Origin: Podarcis erhardii
Lineage: Eukaryota
Strand: one strand, 5' to 3'
DNA length: 64,000 bases
Assembly: GCA_964252035.1 (NCBI GenBank)
Contig: OZ176204.1
Part shown: positions 62,701 to 64,000 of the stretch, one piece after another
Layout: every line of letters starts with the position of its first letter
Position numbering within the stretch: the first letter of the stretch is position 1
Translations under genes and position numbers: made by a program
The notes under the pieces: model-generated
Databases searched by the model: none
What the model saw: the letters and a program-made list of their open reading frames with translations, nothing else
What the model was told of the DNA's origin: nothing

Positions 62701-63803
62701 AGCTTCTCCTTCTAATAACTTAGCCCCAAACCAATGAGGGCTCTAAAGGTGGAAAATAGCACTTTCAGTTCTGCTGGGAAGCACTGCGACTGATACAGAA
62801 TCGGTGTAATACCAAAAGACCTCCATCTTTCTGGGGAGATGGAATGCTACCTGGACCCTATATGTTACCAGCATGGGTGGGAATCTCAGGATATAACACT
62901 CTAAGTTAAAAACATCTCTGGTGTGGCCTGGTGCCTACAAATGAATAGTGGCCAGGAGTGGGGTGTTGAAGGGGAGAAGGCTATGGCCACCTGAGCCAGC
63001 AGATCATACACCAGTGATAAAGCTATAGAGAAAAACAGACTCTTTGCCCACATTTAGGGGTGGGCACTGTTTCTTGTGAAGAGTTAGCCCTAACCCCAGG
63101 GTGCTTCCAGACCACCCTCCCATCAACTGAGCTGGATTCTACCACAGTCATGCTTCTCTAGGCAGGCTCTCCATCCAGCCCGATGGGACAAACGTTCTAC
63201 AGAGCCCTCCCAGAGACACTTACAAAACTTCCAGGCCACGGAGAGCACGGAAGGCCCCTTCCTCAATGCAGCTGATGTGGTTCTTGTCCAGTTGTCTGAG
63301 TGATGAAAGAGGAGATTAATATACCTGTTCTCAATAGCTGTGCTGGCAGACCAATATCTAGGAATCTCGACACAAAGACCAATCTGCTGCACTCAATGAA
63401 AGGAGAAGAAATGCCGGAGGACTTTGTGGTATGCATAAGTAGCACTGGAGAACGGCAAGTAGCCAAGAGGAGGAGAGGGATAGGTATGGGTGGGTGGGAA
63501 ATATGATTTGGGGCACAACAGGCACTGCATTGTATCTGTGGGACACGTTCCCACTGCTATTATCCTATTAGTATTTGCTGTTGTAGAAGGAACTTTTGAG
63601 ATCTTCCTCTACGCAGTTGCTAGCCCTATGACCTCAATATGTGCATGCATGAAACATAATGCCAATCTCTCCAGGCCAATGTGGCATGCTGTGCTTCCCT
63701 ATCCACTGCCCTGCTGGGCCTGGTCACTCACAGGTTCTTGAGATCAGTAGCTCCGCGAAACGCCTTCCTGGGAACAGCCAGAAGGAGGTTCTCGCTCAAG
63801 TCC
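29684..63803 (-). CDS. SLIT1: Slit guidance ligand 1, spliced CDS, exons 5-37 (5'-partial): LRR D1-D4, EGF1-6, laminin-G, EGF7-9, cystine knot
   Basis: 33 exons found by eye, each with AG/GT boundaries and compatible phases. SLIT1-type sequences include [30 protein letters not shown] and [11 protein letters not shown]. Adjacent to LCOR as in mammals. Confidence 0.97.
30606..30817 (-). CDS. SLIT1: SLIT1 exon 36 (EGF8-9)
   Basis: 212 bp, cag/gtcag; [18 protein letters not shown]...GDLCDQ. Confidence 0.95.
31141..31478 (-). mobile_element. Sauria SINE
   Basis: Minus strand starts GGGACGTGGGTGGCGCTGTGG, has B-box-like GGTTCGAAT and a core with AAGTAGATAAATAGGTAC, ends GGTACCTTTACTTTTACT; 14-bp TSD TGTGCTGGGCTTTA at 31127-31140 and 31496-31509. 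Confidence 0.88.
31741..31841 (-). mobile_element. tRNA-derived SINE head (degraded)
   Basis: A-box-like GCAGCTCAGTGG and B-box-like GTTCAATCCC on the minus strand; no full cloverleaf. Confidence 0.6.
31926..32214 (-). CDS. SLIT1: SLIT1 exon 35 (LamG end, EGF7)
   Basis: 289 bp, cag/gtgag; [38 protein letters not shown]...CQGHK. Confidence 0.96.
32647..32801 (-). CDS. SLIT1: SLIT1 exon 34 (LamG)
   Basis: 155 bp, tag/gtagg; [29 protein letters not shown]...EAPLYVG. Confidence 0.96.
33071..33201 (-). CDS. SLIT1: SLIT1 exon 33 (LamG)
   Basis: 131 bp, cag/gtagc; [35 protein letters not shown]. Confidence 0.96.
33349..33586 (-). CDS. SLIT1: SLIT1 exon 32 (EGF6, LamG start)
   Basis: 238 bp, tag/gtaagt; GQLCEIPPH...[35 protein letters not shown]. 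Confidence 0.96.
34903..35040 (-). CDS. SLIT1: SLIT1 exon 31 (EGF4-5)
   Basis: 138 bp, cag/gtaag; [46 protein letters not shown] (too short for the ORF track). Confidence 0.94.
35191..35284 (-). CDS. SLIT1: SLIT1 exon 30 (EGF4)
   Basis: 94 bp, cag/gtgagt; [32 protein letters not shown]. Confidence 0.93.
35601..35695. mobile_element. Short MITE-like inverted-repeat element
   Basis: Ends GGGCTGCCATACGTC / GACGTATGGGCAGCCC (one extra G); no clear TSD. Confidence 0.5.
36195..36334 (-). CDS. SLIT1: SLIT1 exon 29 (EGF2-3)
   Basis: 140 bp, cag/gtagg; [46 protein letters not shown]. Confidence 0.92.
38944..39041 (-). CDS. SLIT1: SLIT1 exon 28 (EGF2)
   Basis: 98 bp, cag/gtgagt; [32 protein letters not shown]. 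Confidence 0.94.
39672..39796 (-). CDS. SLIT1: SLIT1 exon 27 (EGF1)
   Basis: 125 bp, cag/gtgag; [42 protein letters not shown]. Confidence 0.95.
40078..40150 (+). mobile_element. tRNA-derived SINE head (degraded)
   Basis: TGTAGTTCAGTG A-box-like and GGTTCAATCC B-box-like. Confidence 0.5.
40862..41025 (-). CDS. SLIT1: SLIT1 exon 26 (D4 LRRCT)
   Basis: 164 bp, cag/gtaagt; [54 protein letters not shown]. Confidence 0.96.
41809..41846. repeat. (GT)19 microsatellite
   Basis: Read directly. Confidence 0.97.
41848..41945. repeat. Perfect 47-bp tandem duplication
   Basis: 41848-41894 equals 41895-41941, followed by a further TGCA. Confidence 0.95.
42281..42352 (-). CDS. SLIT1: SLIT1 exon 25 (LRR)
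   Basis: 72 bp, cag/gtgagt; [24 protein letters not shown]. Confidence 0.95.
42836..42907 (-). CDS. SLIT1: SLIT1 exon 24 (LRR)
   Basis: 72 bp, cag/gtagg; [24 protein letters not shown]. Confidence 0.95.
44314..44385 (-). CDS. SLIT1: SLIT1 exon 23 (LRR)
   Basis: 72 bp, cag/gtgagt; [24 protein letters not shown]. Confidence 0.96.
46244..46312 (-). CDS. SLIT1: SLIT1 exon 22 (LRR)
   Basis: 69 bp, cag/gtaagt; [23 protein letters not shown]. Confidence 0.95.
46946..47078 (-). CDS. SLIT1: SLIT1 exon 21 (D4 LRRNT)
   Basis: 133 bp, cag/gtgagt; [45 protein letters not shown]. Confidence 0.96.
47886..48260 (-). pseudogene. L2 ORF2 C-terminal segment
   Basis: [22 protein letters not shown]...[13 protein letters not shown]...[10 protein letters not shown]. 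Confidence 0.9.
48396..49170 (-). pseudogene. L2 ORF2 reverse transcriptase domain, interrupted at DQVR by a foreign patch
   Basis: [12 protein letters not shown]...YADDTQLY...[11 protein letters not shown]...PLKDQVR, then non-LINE sequence. Confidence 0.9.
49161..50553 (-). pseudogene. L2 ORF2 endonuclease plus linker (starts just after the first catalytic Asn; frameshift near 49175)
   Basis: Open frame of about 460 codons. After CE the frame shifts; the RT frame [14 protein letters not shown] resumes in another phase. Confidence 0.9.
51267..51433 (-). CDS. SLIT1: SLIT1 exon 20 (D3 LRRCT)
   Basis: 167 bp, cag/gtaac; [32 protein letters not shown]...PDFRCEE. Confidence 0.96.
51756..51899 (-). 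CDS. SLIT1: SLIT1 exon 19 (2 LRRs)
   Basis: 144 bp, cag/gtgagt; [48 protein letters not shown]. Confidence 0.96.
52080..52223 (-). CDS. SLIT1: SLIT1 exon 18 (2 LRRs)
   Basis: 144 bp, cag/gtaagt; [48 protein letters not shown]. Confidence 0.96.
52950..53024 (-). CDS. SLIT1: SLIT1 exon 17 (LRR)
   Basis: 75 bp, cag/gtgagt; [25 protein letters not shown]. Confidence 0.95.
53630..53738 (+). repeat. L2 3'-end remnant with compound (AAT)16-(GAA)9 microsatellite
   Basis: AGTGGCTGAGGCAACCCAGTCAGATGGGTGGGG resembles AGTGGCTGGGGAAACTCAGCCAGATGGGCGGGG at the 3' end of the L2 at 47787; (AAT)16 at 53663-53710, (GAA)9 at 53712-53738. Confidence 0.85.
54473..54617 (-). CDS. SLIT1: SLIT1 exon 16 (D3 LRRNT)
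   Basis: 145 bp, cag/gtaagt; [49 protein letters not shown]. Confidence 0.96.
55305..55328 (-). CDS. SLIT1: SLIT1 exon 15, 24-nt microexon
   Basis: ttctgttcacag/CCAAAGAACAGTATTTCATCCCAG/gtaag; encodes xKEQYFIP, the known SLIT1/2 exon 15 peptide. Confidence 0.93.
55789..55952 (-). CDS. SLIT1: SLIT1 exon 14 (D2 LRRCT)
   Basis: 164 bp, cag acceptor, donor C/gtacga (weak); [54 protein letters not shown]. Confidence 0.93.
56482..56625 (-). CDS. SLIT1: SLIT1 exon 13 (2 LRRs)
   Basis: 144 bp, cag/gtgagt; [48 protein letters not shown]. Confidence 0.96.
56917..57181. mobile_element. hAT-type MITE
   Basis: TIR-like CAGGGGTTGGCAAGGTT / AGGTTGCTGACCCCTG; degenerate 8-bp TSD GCATAGAT / GTATAGTT. Confidence 0.7.
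57533..57604 (-). CDS. SLIT1: SLIT1 exon 12 (LRR)
   Basis: 72 bp, cag/gtaag; [24 protein letters not shown]. Confidence 0.96.
58381..58452 (-). CDS. SLIT1: SLIT1 exon 11 (LRR)
   Basis: 72 bp, cag/gtgagt; [24 protein letters not shown]. Confidence 0.96.
58761..58832 (-). CDS. SLIT1: SLIT1 exon 10 (LRR)
   Basis: 72 bp, cag/gtgagt; [24 protein letters not shown]. Confidence 0.96.
59697..59844 (-). CDS. SLIT1: SLIT1 exon 9 (D2 LRRNT)
   Basis: 148 bp, cag/gtgagt; [50 protein letters not shown]. Confidence 0.96.
60637..60800 (-). CDS. SLIT1: SLIT1 exon 8 (D1 LRRCT)
   Basis: 164 bp, cag/gtgagt; [32 protein letters not shown]...KNEFSCS. Confidence 0.96.
61036..61382 (+). mobile_element. Sauria SINE
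   Basis: GGGATACGGGTGGCACTGTGG start, GCAGTTCGAATCC B-box, core AAGTGCAAGTAGATAAATAGGTAC, tail TTTACCTTTACC. Confidence 0.88.
61789..61860 (-). CDS. SLIT1: SLIT1 exon 7 (LRR)
   Basis: 72 bp, cag/gtgag; [24 protein letters not shown]. Confidence 0.96.
62436..62812 (-). mobile_element. Old L2 3' fragment
   Basis: GGGAGGGTATCCCATAAAGTAGGGGCCACCACTGAGAAGGC and GGGCTCTAAAGGT...AGAATCGGTGTAAT align by eye with 47971-48011 and 48148-48233; (TGT)n-like tail. Confidence 0.7.
63224..63295 (-). CDS. SLIT1: SLIT1 exon 6 (LRR)
   Basis: 72 bp, cag/gtaagt; [24 protein letters not shown]. Confidence 0.96.
63732..63803 (-). CDS. SLIT1: SLIT1 exon 5 (LRR)
   Basis: 72 bp, cag/gtgagt; [24 protein letters not shown]. 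Confidence 0.95.
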
Positions 63804-64000
63804 CTGCAGATGATAATTTTAAGAGAGCCATCTGTCAGTGGAGAGACAATGAAGTACGGGGGGTTGGCAAGGTAGTGAGGCATCAGGTTATGAGGACTAG
63901 CAGGGGAATACTAAGCAGCAATGAAGAAATATTCTGCACATGTTCAGATGCATGACCACCCTTATTGTTTTATATGCACCAGAGTGAGCTCTGGCACTGA

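Noticed and set aside
1-64000. CRISPR array, operon or other prokaryotic system
   Set aside because: No regularly spaced repeat-spacer array; the window is intron-exon structured vertebrate DNA.

Overview
Eukaryotic (squamate reptile, probably a lizard, judged from Sauria SINEs and L2 LINE tails) genomic DNA with two convergent genes. On the + strand is the giant terminal coding exon of LCOR, the C10orf12/PALI1-type exon (12221-16910), followed by a probable long 3' UTR. On the - strand are 33 coding exons of SLIT1 (orthologous exons 5-37, 63803 down to 29684). All have GT-AG boundaries and splice in one continuous frame; the 5' end of SLIT1 and the 5' exons of LCOR lie outside the window. 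Introns carry a young 5'-truncated L2 LINE (47787-50553), older L2 fragments, two Sauria SINEs, hAT and Tc1/mariner MITEs and microsatellites. The most unusual structure is inside the L2. Part of ORF2 is replaced by a 135-bp patch copied from two nearby loci (50544-50640 inverted, 51640-51679 direct), with short microhomologies at the joins. Other leads are an Ikaros-type PEDLS CtBP motif and an H3K9-mimic TARKST motif in the PALI1 exon, and a possible L2-driven truncated SLIT1 isoform. No prokaryotic features or CRISPR arrays are present. Exon numbers, species and comparisons with human proteins come from recalled knowledge, not from searches.
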